From positions 19,484 to 38,832 of the forward strand of contig CAZNJA010000008.1 of NCBI GenBank assembly GCA_964573245.1: DNA of 19,349 nucleotides, written 5' to 3'. Shown here in pieces: positions 9,001 through 17,667 of this stretch. A program made the translations under genes and the position numbers. Positions within the stretch are counted from its first letter, which is position 1; each line of letters begins with the position of its first letter. The notes under the pieces are model-generated. The model was not told the origin of the DNA and searched no databases. It worked only from the letters and a program-made list of their open reading frames with translations. The stretch is from an uncultured bacterium. Its GTDB lineage: Bacteria > CAIJMQ01.

Positions 9001-12000
9001 GGTCTACAACAATTACAGACCTACCTGAATAATCAACTCTTTTACCGAGAAGGTTTTGTCTGAAACGCCCTTGTTTGCCGCCAAGAGTATCAGCCAAAGA
9101 TTTTAGAGGTCTTCCTTGAGTTCCGCCCACAACAACTCTTCCTCTTCTGCCATTATCAAAAAGCGCATCAACAGCTTCCTGTAACATTCTTTTTTCATTT
9201 CTCAAAATTATTTCAGGCGCGTCAAGTTCTATCAACCTCTTAAGCCTATTGTTTCTATTGATAACTCTGCGGTATAAATCATTTAAATCCGAACTCGCAA
9301 AACCGCCTTTGTCAAGAGGAACTAATGGGCGCAAGTTTGGCGGAATAACAGGAATTCTATCCAAAATCATCCAATCGGGAGAATTACCCGAAGTTATAAA
9401 CGCCTCTACTATTTTTCGCCTTTTGTTTATTTTTCTTCTTGTCGATTGAGACGAAGTGCCTTGCTCTTTTTTCTGCAATTCATCTCGTAATTTTTCTAAG
9501 TTTAGTTCCTGCAATAAACGTTTTAAAGCAGGGGCTCCCATTCCTACTTCAAAACTATCACCATATTTTTGTATATATTCTTCGAGTTCCGAGTCGGTTA
9601 GGATTTGTTGCCTTTCCAAAGGAGTTTTACCCGGCTTAAAAACAACCCAAGAATCATAATAAATAAGTTTTTCCAGATTAGGAAGTGTCATATCCAAAAG
9701 TGTTCCTATCACAGAAGGTATAACTCTAAACATCCATATGTGCGCCACAGGAGTGATAAGTTCTATATGTCCCATTCTCTCGCGTCTTACTTTCGACTCT
9801 GTTACCTCAACACCGCATCTGTCACAAACAACGCCTTTATGTTTTATTTTTTTGTATTTACCACAATAACATTCCCAATCTTTGGTTGGACCAAATATTC
9901 TTTCGCAGAAAAGTCCACCTTTCTCAGCTCTGAAAGTGCGGTAATTTACGGTTTCGGGTTTTTTCACTTCACCTTTGGACCAAGATCTTATCAATTGCGG
10001 CGAAGCTAATCCCAACGCTATACTTTTTATTTCGGAAGCTTCGTTTTTTCTTTCTTTATTTAACCACTGCCAACTACTGCTATCCCATGTAGATTCCTTG
10101 TCCTTCTCTATTTTGAAATCAAGACAAAGCCCCTGCAGTTCTTTTACTAAGACATTAAAAGATTCGGGAATACCTGAATTTAAAGTGTTCTCGCCTTTAA
10201 CAATTGCCTCATAAGCCCTAGTTCTTCCTTCTATATCATCGCTTTTTACAGTCAAGGTCTCTTGTAAAGTATGAGCAGCCCCATAGGATTCCAAAGCCCA
10301 AACTTCCATTTCTCCAAATCTTTGCCCTCCCATTCGAGCTTTACCTCCCAAGGGCTGTTGGGTAATTAAAGAATATGGACCTATAGATCGGGCATGAATT
10401 TTATCTTCGACTAAATGATCAAGTTTAAGCAAATATATATAACCTACGGTTACCCTTTGGTCGAACCGCTCCCCAGTTCTGCCATCAAACAAAACCGTTT
10501 TTCCGTCTTCTGGTAAATTGGCTTCTTTTAAACAATTTTTGATTTCTTCCTCTGTTGCTCCATTAAATACTGGTGTTACGGCCTCAAACCCCAAAACCTT
10601 TGCCGCCCAGCCAAGATGTGTTTCGAGAAGTTGTCCTAAATTCATCCTCGAAGGAACACCCAACGGATTTAAAACAACATCTACCGGCGTTCCATCGGAA
10701 AGATACGGCATATCTTCTTCAGGAAGAACTTTGGCGATAACGCCTTTATTCCCATGACGGCCAGAAAGCTTGTCCCCTTCTTGAAGTTGTCTTTTGCTGG
10801 CTACATATACCTTTACTAATTTAATGACTCCCGGGGACAGTTCTTCCACCTGAAGATAATTTTTGATCTCCTGCGCAGCCTCTTTTTCTATAATCTTCTT
10901 TCTCTCCGCGAACTCCTCCCGATAATTACGCACTCTTTCGTTTATTTTAGCGTTCTTTACCTTTATACTGCCAAAGGCTTTTAAATCAAGCCGGCTTAAT
11001 AAAGCGGCAGACAATACTTCCGATGCTCTTATTTGTATGGAATCAGTACCTTTAGTTGAATTTTTTTGATGAGCAAGTTTAATCTTAACAGCCTGCTTAC
11101 ATTTTGTACCTTTAAGAATCTCTACGATTTTATTTAATGTTGCCCTCTGCAAACTTTCCAACAAGGTATCCTTTTTTCTCTTGATGGACTGGATTTCAGA
11201 AGAACTGTCTTTTAACCGTTTTTTATCTTCTTCTTCTCTGGAAAATATCTTCGTATCTATTACAACCCCCTCAGTTCCAGGCGGGACTTTTAAGGAAGTA
11301 TTAAGGACATCTCCGGCTTTTTCTCCAAATATTGCTCTAAGCAATTTTTCCTCCGAAGTAAGAACAGACTCGCCCTTCGGGGTAATTTTGCCCACAAGGA
11401 TATCTCCAGCGTTTACATAAGCACCTACTCTTACTACACCGTCGCTATCTAAATCTTTCAAAGCATCTTCGGAAACGTTAGGTATATCTTGAGTAATTTC
11501 TTCTTTGCCTAACTTCGTTTCTCTGCACTCAACTTCAAATTCCTCTATGTGAATTGAAGTATATGCGTCTTCTTTAATTATTTTTTCCGAAACCAAAATA
11601 GCATCTTCAAAGTTATATCCTTCCCAAGGCATGAAAGCTACTAAAGCATTTCTGCCCAAAGCCAACTTTCCGTTCTTTGTAGCAGACCCATCGGCTAAAA
11701 TATCTCCTTTCTTTACCCTTTGTCCTACATTCACAATGGGTTTTTGATGAATACACGTGGATTGGTTTGACCTTACAAAATTCCTCAGAGGGTAATAATC
11801 AAGCTCATCCAAAAGGAAGTCTTCTGTTTTGGAAGATGAACTTGCTCTCACTATTATACTTTCGCCCGAAACACTATCTACAACACCATCTTTTTTTGCC
11901 AAAACAGTAGCACCTGAATCTTTTGCAACTATATGCTCCATTCCAGTTTGGACCAAAGGAGGTTCGGGATTAACAAGAGGAACAGCCTGTCTTTGCATAT

Positions 12001-13927
12001 TAGAACCCATTAAAGCCCTATTGGAATCATCATGCTCCAAAAATGGTATTAAAGAAGCAGATGTAGAAACCGTTTGAATTGGGTCTATGTCCATATATTT
12101 AACTTCAGCACTAGGCATAGAGTGGTAATCACCCTTGTATCTTGCCAGAATTCTATCGTCGGTTAAATATCCTTTAGCATCTAGTGAAGCATTAGCTTGA
12201 GCTATAATAAACTTATCCTCTTCGTCTGCTGTAAGATAATCTACTGTGTTAGTAACTTTTTTACTCTCTACTTTTCTATAGGGCGCTTCCAATAATCCTA
12301 GACTGTTTATTTGCGCGTAATTGGCCAATGAGGTTATCAATCCAATATTTTGTCCTTCGGGAGTTTCTATCGGACAAATACGTCCGTAATGAGTTGGATG
12401 AACGTCTCTTACTTCTATCCCTGCCCGTTCCCTGGTCAAACCTTCAGGACCCAATGCGGACAATCTTCTTTTGTGCGTCAATTCAGCCAACGGATTTGTT
12501 TGGTCCATAAATTGGGAAAGTTGCGATGAGGTAAAAAATTCCATCAAAGAACTATTTATAAGACGAGGATTCACCAAAGTATGAGGCATTAAATCCTCTG
12601 CCTTTCCCATAAGCAATCTTTCGTGAATTGAACGAGCAAGTTTGATGAAAGAGGGACGAAGTTGACTTCCCATAAGTTCACCGATACTTCTAATTCTGCG
12701 ATTTCCGAGGCGGTCAATATCATCCACACCAGATTTACCCATTTGCAAATTAATTAGTTCTTTTACCACTGCAACTATATCGTCAATAGTCAAAACCCTC
12801 TTGGATGTGGGGATATCCAAATTCAATCTAGAATTTAATCTGTGTCTGCCAATTCTCCCTAAATCAAATCTCGCTTTGTCAAATAAAATTCCGCGCAAAT
12901 AAGTTTCAGCGGTATCCGACTCAAAAGGCGTCCCTGATCTTATACGCGAATAAATCTGAGTTAAAGCCTCTTCTTTGGTTTGAGTGCGGTCTTTCCTGAG
13001 GGTATTTATTATCAAAGCGCTGGAATCTTTATCTTTTATGATTTTTACTTTATTTATGCTGAAAGAGGAAAGAGTTTTAAGTAGAAGGAGAGAAATTTCC
13101 TGCTTACTTTCGGCTATTTTCTGGCCTATTTTCGCATCGACCACATCTTCAGCCAATATTTGTCCTATTAGTTTTTTATCGAAACTTCTTTGAGATAAAT
13201 TTATTTCTTCCGTTTCGCAAAAAAGCTTGATTATACCATCATCTTTTGGATAGCCTAAAGCCCTGAAAATCACTGTGCCCAACATTCTCCTGCGCGGACC
13301 TATTACACCATACAAGAGATCGTTGTTATCAGTTTCAAATTCCATCCAAGTGCCCCTGTCAGGAACTATTCTGGCTACAAAAATCTCTTTGCCTTTTTTC
13401 TGACCGCCCGATTCGAAAAATGCTCCAGGAGAACGATGTAGTTGACAAGTGATAACTCTTTCTATGCCATTTATAATAAAAGTCCCTTGTTGAGTCATGA
13501 GAGGAAAATCGCAGAGATAAACCTCTTCTTCTCTGATACTTTCTATCTCTAATCCTTTCTTGATTTCGGTATTTCTTGCAGACTTGCGATTGAAAGATAT
13601 AGGAACAGGGTTTTTATAAATGATAAGTTTCAATTTTAATTTTAAAGGAACCGAATAGGTAATTCCTCTTCTTATACATTCTGTGACACTATAACGGGAA
13701 TTTCCAATAGTATAATTTGCAAATTCAAGAGAAAACTTTCCGTTACTGGCAACAATTGGAAATAATTCACCAATAAGAGACTGCAACCCTTCATTTTTCC
13801 TTTTTAAAGGGGGTACATCCGGTTGAAGGAAAGAACTAAAAGATTGATTCTGTATCTGGACCAAATTGGGCAATCCCATCACCGGGGGAATCTTTTTAAA
13901 ATTTCTTACATTGGTAGATGTAAGCAT
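5993..13927 (-). CDS. rpoBC: Fused DNA-directed RNA polymerase subunits beta and beta' (single ORF, ~2644 aa)
   Basis: Beta motifs ([53 protein letters not shown]) run in frame into beta' motifs ([13 protein letters not shown], Zn-finger [22 protein letters not shown], x[16 protein letters not shown]). SD GGGAGG at 13939-13944 supports a start at ATG 13927 or TTG 13933 rather than 13981. Junction at ~10030-10110. Confidence 0.93.
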   Translation of the reverse strand: MLTSTNVRNFKKIPPVMGLPNLVQIQNQSFSSFLQPDVPPLKRKNEGLQSLIGELFPIVASNGKFSLEFANYTIGNSRYSVTECIRRGITYSVPLKLKLKLIIYKNPVPISFNRKSARNTEIKKGLEIESIREEEVYLCDFPLMTQQGTFIINGIERVITCQLHRSPGAFFESGGQKKGKEIFVARIVPDRGTWMEFETDNNDLLYGVIGPRRRMLGTVIFRALGYPKDDGIIKLFCETEEINLSQRSFDKKLIGQILAEDVVDAKIGQKIAESKQEISLLLLKTLSSFSINKVKIIKDKDSSALIINTLRKDRTQTKEEALTQIYSRIRSGTPFESDTAETYLRGILFDKARFDLGRIGRHRLNSRLNLDIPTSKRVLTIDDIVAVVKELINLQMGKSGVDDIDRLGNRRIRSIGELMGSQLRPSFIKLARSIHERLLMGKAEDLMPHTLVNPRLINSSLMEFFTSSQLSQFMDQTNPLAELTHKRRLSALGPEGLTRERAGIEVRDVHPTHYGRICPIETPEGQNIGLITSLANYAQINSLGLLEAPYRKVESKKVTNTVDYLTADEEDKFIIAQANASLDAKGYLTDDRILARYKGDYHSMPSAEVKYMDIDPIQTVSTSASLIPFLEHDDSNRALMGSNMQRQAVPLVNPEPPLVQTGMEHIVAKDSGATVLAKKDGVVDSVSGESIIVRASSSSKTEDFLLDELDYYPLRNFVRSNQSTCIHQKPIVNVGQRVKKGDILADGSATKNGKLALGRNALVAFMPWEGYNFEDAILVSEKIIKEDAYTSIHIEEFEVECRETKLGKEEITQDIPNVSEDALKDLDSDGVVRVGAYVNAGDILVGKITPKGESVLTSEEKLLRAIFGEKAGDVLNTSLKVPPGTEGVVIDTKIFSREEEDKKRLKDSSSEIQSIKRKKDTLLESLQRATLNKIVEILKGTKCKQAVKIKLAHQKNSTKGTDSIQIRASEVLSAALLSRLDLKAFGSIKVKNAKINERVRNYREEFAERKKIIEKEAAQEIKNYLQVEELSPGVIKLVKVYVASKRQLQEGDKLSGRHGNKGVIAKVLPEEDMPYLSDGTPVDVVLNPLGVPSRMNLGQLLETHLGWAAKVLGFEAVTPVFNGATEEEIKNCLKEANLPEDGKTVLFDGRTGERFDQRVTVGYIYLLKLDHLVEDKIHARSIGPYSLITQQPLGGKARMGGQRFGEMEVWALESYGAAHTLQETLTVKSDDIEGRTRAYEAIVKGENTLNSGIPESFNVLVKELQGLCLDFKIEKDKESTWDSSSWQWLNKERKNEASEIKSIALGLASPQLIRSWSKGEVKKPETVNYRTFRAEKGGLFCERIFGPTKDWECYCGKYKKIKHKGVVCDRCGVEVTESKVRRERMGHIELITPVAHIWMFRVIPSVIGTLLDMTLPNLEKLIYYDSWVVFKPGKTPLERQQILTDSELEEYIQKYGDSFEVGMGAPALKRLLQELNLEKLRDELQKKEQGTSSQSTRRKINKRRKIVEAFITSGNSPDWMILDRIPVIPPNLRPLVPLDKGGFASSDLNDLYRRVINRNNRLKRLIELDAPEIILRNEKRMLQEAVDALFDNGRRGRVVVGGTQGRPLKSLADTLGGKQGRFRQNLLGKRVDYSGRSVIVVDPKLKLDECGIPKEMALELFQPFIIRYLKEKGYFHTIKAGKKLIERRTVEVWEALSEVVRNHFVLLNRAPTLHRLGIQAFRPKLTESKAIKVHPMVCAAFGADFDGDTMSVHVPLFMETLLEAQMLMLSTNNLFRPSDGSPILLPSQDMVLGLYYLTKMDTAGQSVKEKDMRFFSSTEEAKMAYELGEIKLHTPILLTVPERFMPTVKNNKLKTTVGRAIFNEVLPDGSEFANEGMTKSKLSSFVDSYIKRFGKDATCALLDNLKGLGFHYATMGGISISITDVKIPGDKWVKIEKARKEVERVERQYHEGIITYGERYNKLLDVWSRVGDEVAQNMFSELKKHPFNPVLLIMESEARGSAQQIRQLGGMRGLIARPRKQLTGAVGEIIEFPITTNFREGLSVLEYFISTHGGRKGLADTALKTAQAGYLTRRLVDVAQNVIVTEEDCGTVNGITVRPLELGGRNFISLKERIIGRTATDDIKLLLLDEVIVRAGDEITEEIADAIEEAGIEEVSIRSVLTCQSKNGICAKCYGKDLATGKRVALGQAVGIMAAQSIGEPGTQLTLRTFHIGGTASRIVGESHYTAQSDGIVRFKNLNVTKNSDGKLIVLNRNGNILLEDEEANKIETYSINVGSVLEVNDGQRVKAKETISRWDPYTRPLLSEIKGKVEFKDIIKGLTMREELNRETNIREKVVVEHRGALHPQIIVRPARQDSAGGDDFGNARYYPLPTNAHITINENAHVGIGALLAKTPREVVKATDITGGLPRIAELFEARKPKNPAIVTEIDGHVKEIIMEGNIRDIVIEGPNETRRYVVPHGKHIEVDVGDWVASGQKLTDGPAVIQEILRIEGERKLQQYLLNEIQEVYRLQGVRINDKHIEIIIRQMLMKVQIEDPGDTSFLWAEQMEKSDFQKENEKVVSSGGKPAKGRPLVLGITKASLASPSFISAASFQETPRVLTRSAIFGRKDELKGLKENLMIGKLIPAGTGLKKYREIEVVKNADT
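6851..6877. repeat. 27-nt GC-rich palindrome inside the beta' coding region (encodes PARQDSAGG)
   Basis: cccg-cctgcc-gaatcttgacg-ggcagg; 19/27 GC; exactly 9 codons in frame; arms resemble the intergenic cctgcc..gcagg copies at 13955 and 14050. Confidence 0.55.
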
Positions 13928-13954
13928 ACGCAACTTTTCCTCCCTTTTTACATA

Positions 13955-13972
13955 CCTGCCTAAGCAGGCAAA
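13955..13972. repeat. CCTGCCTAAGCAGGCAAA palindromic repeat, copy 1
   Basis: Exact 18-nt direct repeat of 14050-14067; just upstream of the rpoB SD. Confidence 0.8.
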
Positions 13973-14046
13973 TTTAATCAAAAAACCGATATCACATTAA
14001 ATCCTCTCTTACTAAACAATAAAGAAAGGGGAAATTTTAGAAACAC

Positions 14047-14067
14047 TTGCCTGCCTAAGCAGGCAAA
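14047..14067. repeat. CCTGCCTAAGCAGGCAAA palindromic repeat, copy 2
   Basis: ttgcctgc-ctaa-gcaggcaa, a perfect 8-bp stem with a 4-nt loop, ~20 nt downstream of the rplL stop. Confidence 0.8.
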
Positions 14068-14086
14068 AATGTGATAGATCCCGTAT

Positions 14087-14542
14087 CTACTTGATTTCTA
14101 CTACTGCGCCAACAGCTTCCAATTTTTTCTTCATCTCTTCTGCTTCTTCTTTGGAAGCATTTTCTTTTACGGTTTTCGGCGCTCCATCAACTAAGTCTTT
14201 AGCTTCTTTCAATCCAAGATTTGTGAAACTTCTTATTTCTTTTATCACTTGAATTTTTTTATCTCCCGTAGAAGAAAGAATTACGGTAAAGGATGTTTTC
14301 TCTTCTTCAGCAGCCTGTTGCTGGGTTGATTGAGAACCAGCCGAAGCAACTACTTGAGTAACAGATTGAACTGCAGAAACACCGAATTCAGTTTCTAAAT
14401 CTTTCACTAATTCGGAAAGCTCAATAACTGTCAGGTTCTTAATCCCCCCCATAATTTCTTCTTTACTTAATTTAACCGTAGTGGATTTGGATTGTTCTTT
14501 GGGTTTTGACTGTTGCTCTTTATCTGTTTCCTTTTTAGCCAT
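14087..14542 (-). CDS. rplL: 50S ribosomal protein L7/L12 (N-terminally extended)
   Basis: [62 protein letters not shown] at 14550-14555 favours ATG 14542 over 14557. Confidence 0.96.
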   Translation of the reverse strand: MAKKETDKEQQSKPKEQSKSTTVKLSKEEIMGGIKNLTVIELSELVKDLETEFGVSAVQSVTQVVASAGSQSTQQQAAEEEKTSFTVILSSTGDKKIQVIKEIRSFTNLGLKEAKDLVDGAPKTVKENASKEEAEEMKKKLEAVGAVVEIK

Positions 14543-15089
14543 CTTTGTTCCCTCCATCTTGAACGTCCCGATGTTTTTCGGAACTATTTTTAATTGAATT
14601 TATCACGTTCACCAGACCAAATATCATCTGGTGCAAATAATTAACTAAACCTGATACGGGAGCGTTTAAATCACCAACCATATTGGTCAATAACTCGATT
14701 TTACTTGGAAGAGTGGATATCTTTTTTAAATTTTCATCGCTGACTATTTCACCTTCCAACACACCCCCTTTCAATATTAAAGCCTGATGCTCTTTCGAAA
14801 AATTTACTAATGTTTTTATGAGCGGTATTGGATCTTCGGGTAAAAATGCAATCGCACAAGGACCTGCAATGAACTGTTGAGTCTCAATCTTATTGCTTTT
14901 ATCCATGGCTTTAAGAGCTATCGTGTTTTTCACTACTTTGTATTCCCCATTTTGTTCCCTTGTTAATTGTTTAATGCTGGACATTTCTTGAGCGTTTAAA
15001 CCCTGGAAATTCGTAAATATTACAGATTTCAAGTTGCTCAATTTGTCAACTAAAAAATCTAAATTCTCTTGTTTGGTTTTTTTATCCAT
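14535..15089 (-). CDS. rplJ: 50S ribosomal protein L10
   Basis: [41 protein letters not shown]; lies between rplA and rplL. Confidence 0.95.
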   Translation of the reverse strand: MDKKTKQENLDFLVDKLSNLKSVIFTNFQGLNAQEMSSIKQLTREQNGEYKVVKNTIALKAMDKSNKIETQQFIAGPCAIAFLPEDPIPLIKTLVNFSKEHQALILKGGVLEGEIVSDENLKKISTLPSKIELLTNMVGDLNAPVSGLVNYLHQMIFGLVNVINSIKNSSEKHRDVQDGGNKDG

Positions 15090-15104
15090 GAAATTCTTAC
15101 ACCT

Positions 15105-15812
15105 TTATACGTTGGAAATATCCATGAACTGCTTGACATCTAACCTTATCGATGGACTCATTGAAGTAGACATATATACCTTGTTTATATAGGAACCTTT
15201 AGAAGCATGAGGTTTTCCTTTTATTACTGCTTTTATCAAAGTAATTATGTTTTCCTTTAAATCAGAAATAGAAAAAGAACTCTTACCTACAACAAGATGC
15301 AAGTTTCCAAACTTATCGTTGCGAAATTCTACTCTGCCCAATTTCATCTCTTTAATAATTTTGCCCAAATCATTGGAAACTGTTCCAGTCTTTGGCGAGG
15401 GCATCAAACCTCTCGGGCCTAAAATTTTCCCTGCCTTAGCCAATTTTTTCATCATATCAGGAGTAGTAACAATAGAATCAAAATCAATCCAACCTTTTTG
15501 TATCTTCTCTATTAGTTCGTCTGTACCCACGAAATCCGCACCCTCTTTTTTAGCATCGTTAGCTTCTTTACCTTCGGCAATAGCCAGAATTCTCACTTTT
15601 TTGCCTATACCTTTCGGCAATGTTACAGCCCCCCTGACTTGCATATTTTGATTGCTCGCGTCAATTCCCAATTTGACAATCAAGTCCACAGTTTCATCAA
15701 ACTTAGTTTTTGGGCTTTTTTTAATTATGTCAATAGCCTCTTCAAGAAAATACAGTTTATTTGAGTCTATCTTTTGGTTTATCTCTTTATATCTTTTACT
15801 TCTTTTCTTCAT
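15105..15812 (-). CDS. rplA: 50S ribosomal protein L1
   Basis: KFDETVD, VRGAVTLPKGIGK, GKILGPRGLMPSPKTGTV, STSMSPSI. Confidence 0.98.
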   Translation of the reverse strand: MKKRSKRYKEINQKIDSNKLYFLEEAIDIIKKSPKTKFDETVDLIVKLGIDASNQNMQVRGAVTLPKGIGKKVRILAIAEGKEANDAKKEGADFVGTDELIEKIQKGWIDFDSIVTTPDMMKKLAKAGKILGPRGLMPSPKTGTVSNDLGKIIKEMKLGRVEFRNDKFGNLHLVVGKSSFSISDLKENIITLIKAVIKGKPHASKGSYINKVYMSTSMSPSIRLDVKQFMDISNV

Positions 15813-15860
15813 AAAATTTCCCGCATGGCTATAACCTAACCCATAGTTTTCAAAAGTGTG

Positions 15861-15889
15861 ATTATATATGTTTACAAAAAAAAATCCAA
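15861..15889 (-). promoter_or_regulatory. Putative sigma70 promoter upstream of rplA
   Basis: TTGGAT (15889-15884), 17-nt spacer, TATAAT (15866-15861). Confidence 0.55.
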
Positions 15890-15950
15890 CTGTTTATCCG
15901 TATTGTATATATCTAACTTGCTCCTCGTCATATTTCCTTTTCTTCTTTTA

Positions 15951-16388
15951 CTAAGAAGCACCACCTGTTTCAACTTCTATGCCCATGTTTCTAGCGGTGC
16001 CTTCTATTATTTTCACAGCCTTAGAAATATCGGGAGCATTTAAATCTTTCATCTTAATTTTTGCAATCTCTTCCAATTGTTTCCTTGTAACCTTTCCAAC
16101 TTTATTCTTATTAGGTTCAGACGAAGCCTTAGCTATTCCGACTGCCTTCTTAAGCAAAACCGCAGCAGGAGGAGATTTTGTGATAAAAGTAAATGTCCTA
16201 TCCTCGTATATGCTAATTTCAACAGGAATTATAAGCCCATCTTTACCTTGAGTTGCTTTATTGAACTGCTGGCAAAATTGCATGATATTAACCCCATGTT
16301 GTCCCAATGCAGGTCCAACGGGAGGAGAAGGATTTGCCGCACCCGCTGAAATCTGTAATTTCACCTTAGTCTTAATGTTTTTAGCCAT
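15951..16388 (-). CDS. rplK: 50S ribosomal protein L11
   Basis: [47 protein letters not shown]. Confidence 0.99.
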   Translation of the reverse strand: MAKNIKTKVKLQISAGAANPSPPVGPALGQHGVNIMQFCQQFNKATQGKDGLIIPVEISIYEDRTFTFITKSPPAAVLLKKAVGIAKASSEPNKNKVGKVTRKQLEEIAKIKMKDLNAPDISKAVKIIEGTARNMGIEVETGGAS

Positions 16389-16393
16389 AATGT

Positions 16394-16410
16394 TCCTCGC
16401 TTTGCTCGGA
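16394..16410 (-). promoter_or_regulatory. 17-nt hairpin motif containing the rplK SD (copy 2)
   Basis: Minus strand TCCGAGCAAAGCGAGGA, 5 nt before the ATG, the same geometry as at rpsG. Confidence 0.65.
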
Positions 16411-16522
16411 AAAATTAAAAATACAAAAATTTCAGTTGAAATTTTTATATTCTAGTTTTTGGTATTCAATTTTGACGTTTGATTTGTTATTTCGCACTTT
16501 GAATTTTGCATTTTAAATTTTT
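16410..16522. repeat. AT-rich degenerate ~7-nt periodic repeats with inverted symmetry (nusG-rplK spacer)
   Basis: aaaaattaaaaatacaaaa (16410-16428) matches the reverse complement of ttttgcattttaaattttt (16504-16522) at 17/19. Internal hairpin aaaaatttca-gt-tgaaattttt. A similar tract lies at 5604-5634. Confidence 0.55.
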
Positions 16523-16524
16523 AA

Positions 16525-17052
16525 CTACACCCTCTCTAATTGCCAATACTCAAGTTCTACCGGCGTCGCTCTTCCAAAAATGGAAACCATAACAATAGCT
16601 CTGCCTTTGTCTGATTCAAGTCTTTCAATATAACCGGTAAAATTGGCAAAGGCGCCCTCGACTATCTTAACGTTTTCGCCTTCTTCAAAAAGAACTTTAG
16701 GCTGGGGTTTTGCCTTTCTTTTTTCCATTTCATCGCGAATTTTGTCAACTTCTTTATCGGATACAGGAATAGGCTCTTCCCCGGAAGAAATAAAACCCGT
16801 GACTCCGTTGGTTGTCCTAATGATATGCCACAATTTGGGACTATATTCCATATTCACAAGAATATATCCAGGGAAAAAAGTTCTTGTCATAATCTTTTTC
16901 GCGCCGTCTTTTACTTCCATAACATCTTCGGTCGGAACAAATATTTCGCTTATACTATCAGCAAGATCTTTTAGTTCCAAAGTGCTTTTTATACGGTCTG
17001 CAACTTTATTTTCCTGACCGGAAAAAGTGTGGATTATATACCATTTCTTCAT
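16525..17052 (-). CDS. nusG: Transcription termination/antitermination factor NusG
   Basis: KWYIIHTFSGQENKV, FFPGYILVNM, TNGVTGFI, KOW motif VKIVEGAFANFTG, VSIFGRATPVEL. Start is ATG 17052 or TTG 17061. Confidence 0.98.
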   Translation of the reverse strand: MKKWYIIHTFSGQENKVADRIKSTLELKDLADSISEIFVPTEDVMEVKDGAKKIMTRTFFPGYILVNMEYSPKLWHIIRTTNGVTGFISSGEEPIPVSDKEVDKIRDEMEKRKAKPQPKVLFEEGENVKIVEGAFANFTGYIERLESDKGRAIVMVSIFGRATPVELEYWQLERV

Positions 17053-17078
17053 TTTCGGCAATTATTATATCACTTGTT

Positions 17079-17270
17079 CTATTTCAAAATTTTACTAAGT
17101 ATGGAGGAAAAAAACATATCTACCAACCCTATATAAACAGCGGAAATACCCGACAATATCAACACCAAAATAGTAGAATTCCAAACCATTCTTTTATCAC
17201 TCCAAGAAACCCTTTTTAATTCTTTTCTTACATCTTGAATATATCTTTTAATTCTGTCAAACATAATCAT
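17079..17270 (-). CDS. secE: Preprotein translocase subunit SecE
   Basis: ELKRVSW motif followed by one hydrophobic helix and D; lies between tRNA-Trp and nusG. Start may be 17264. Confidence 0.93.
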   Translation of the reverse strand: MIMFDRIKRYIQDVRKELKRVSWSDKRMVWNSTILVLILSGISAVYIGLVDMFFSSILSKILK

Positions 17271-17293
17271 CCGTTCAAATTATAAAAATCCAG

Positions 17294-17367
17294 CAGGTGA
17301 GGCAGGAGTTGAACCCGCAACCGTCGGATTTGGAATCCGATGCTCTAGCCAATTGAGCTACTCACCT
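17294..17367 (-). tRNA. tRNA-Trp (CCA)
   Basis: AGGTGAG acceptor stem, TAGCTCAATTGGCTAGAGC D-arm, TCGGA-TTCCAAA-TCCGA anticodon arm, GGTTCAACTCC T-arm. CCA tail not encoded. Confidence 0.97.
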
Positions 17368-17370
17368 ATT

Positions 17371-17478
17371 TTTCGATTTCGGATTTCAAATTGCCCCGAG
17401 AAATCCCCTTAGAGATTGCTTCGCAATTTCTAGGGGCGGATTTCGGATTTTTTTATTCCGCAATCCTCAATCCGCATT
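17371..17478. repeat. Degenerate heptamer array (ATTTCGG/ATCCGCA type) interrupted by a palindromic element
   Basis: tttcgatttcggatttc...gcggatttcggattt, followed by complementary attccgcaatcctcaatccgcatt. Confidence 0.55.
17394..17446. repeat. Palindromic element, copy B
   Basis: ccccgagaaatcc and ccttagagattgc are each identical to parts of copy A. Inner hairpin at 17405-17436 with loop ttc; outer arm ggatttcgg. Confidence 0.85.
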
Positions 17479-17482
17479 ACTG

Positions 17483-17632
17483 TTACTTGGTTTCTTTGTG
17501 CAATGTGTGCTTCCTGCAAAACTTACAAAATTTCTTTAAAGCCAATTTATTCTCACGCTGCTCTTTACTTCTACTGGTAGCATAATTTCTGTTTTTACAA
17601 ACTTCGCAAAATAAAGTAATAAACTCTCTCAA
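17483..17632 (-). CDS. rpmG: 50S ribosomal protein L33 (Zn-binding C+ type, 49 aa)
   Basis: Hand translation: TTG start, MREFITLFCEVCKNRNYATSRSKEQRENKLALKKFCKFCRKHTLHKETK, TAA. SD AGAGGA; canonical position after tuf; too short for the ORF track. Confidence 0.96.
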   Translation of the reverse strand: MREFITLFCEVCKNRNYATSRSKEQRENKLALKKFCKFCRKHTLHKETK

Positions 17633-17667
17633 GATATCCTCTCTTTACTAAAAAACTCAGTTTTAAA

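Noticed and set aside
13545-13615. Short insertion near the beta N-terminus ([20 protein letters not shown]) as another repeat insertion
   Set aside because: No palindrome or match to the repeat families, and it lies in a loop of variable length.
5993-13927. Intein or intron as the reason for the very long polymerase ORF
   Set aside because: The length equals a normal beta (~1270 aa) plus beta' (~1365 aa); I see no splicing motifs or endonuclease domain.
13928-13981. N-terminal extension MIKFACLGRYVKREEKLR of the RpoBC ORF
   Set aside because: It translates the palindromic repeat and the SD; the real start is probably 13927 or 13933.
15872-15931. 19-codon minus-strand ORF (MTRSKLDIYNTDKQLDFFL) behind AAGGA
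   Set aside because: Short SD spacing, no recognisable peptide and overlap with the putative promoter; cannot be told from chance.
17391-17585. 64-aa plus-strand ORF
   Set aside because: Made of repeat copy B plus the antisense of rpmG.
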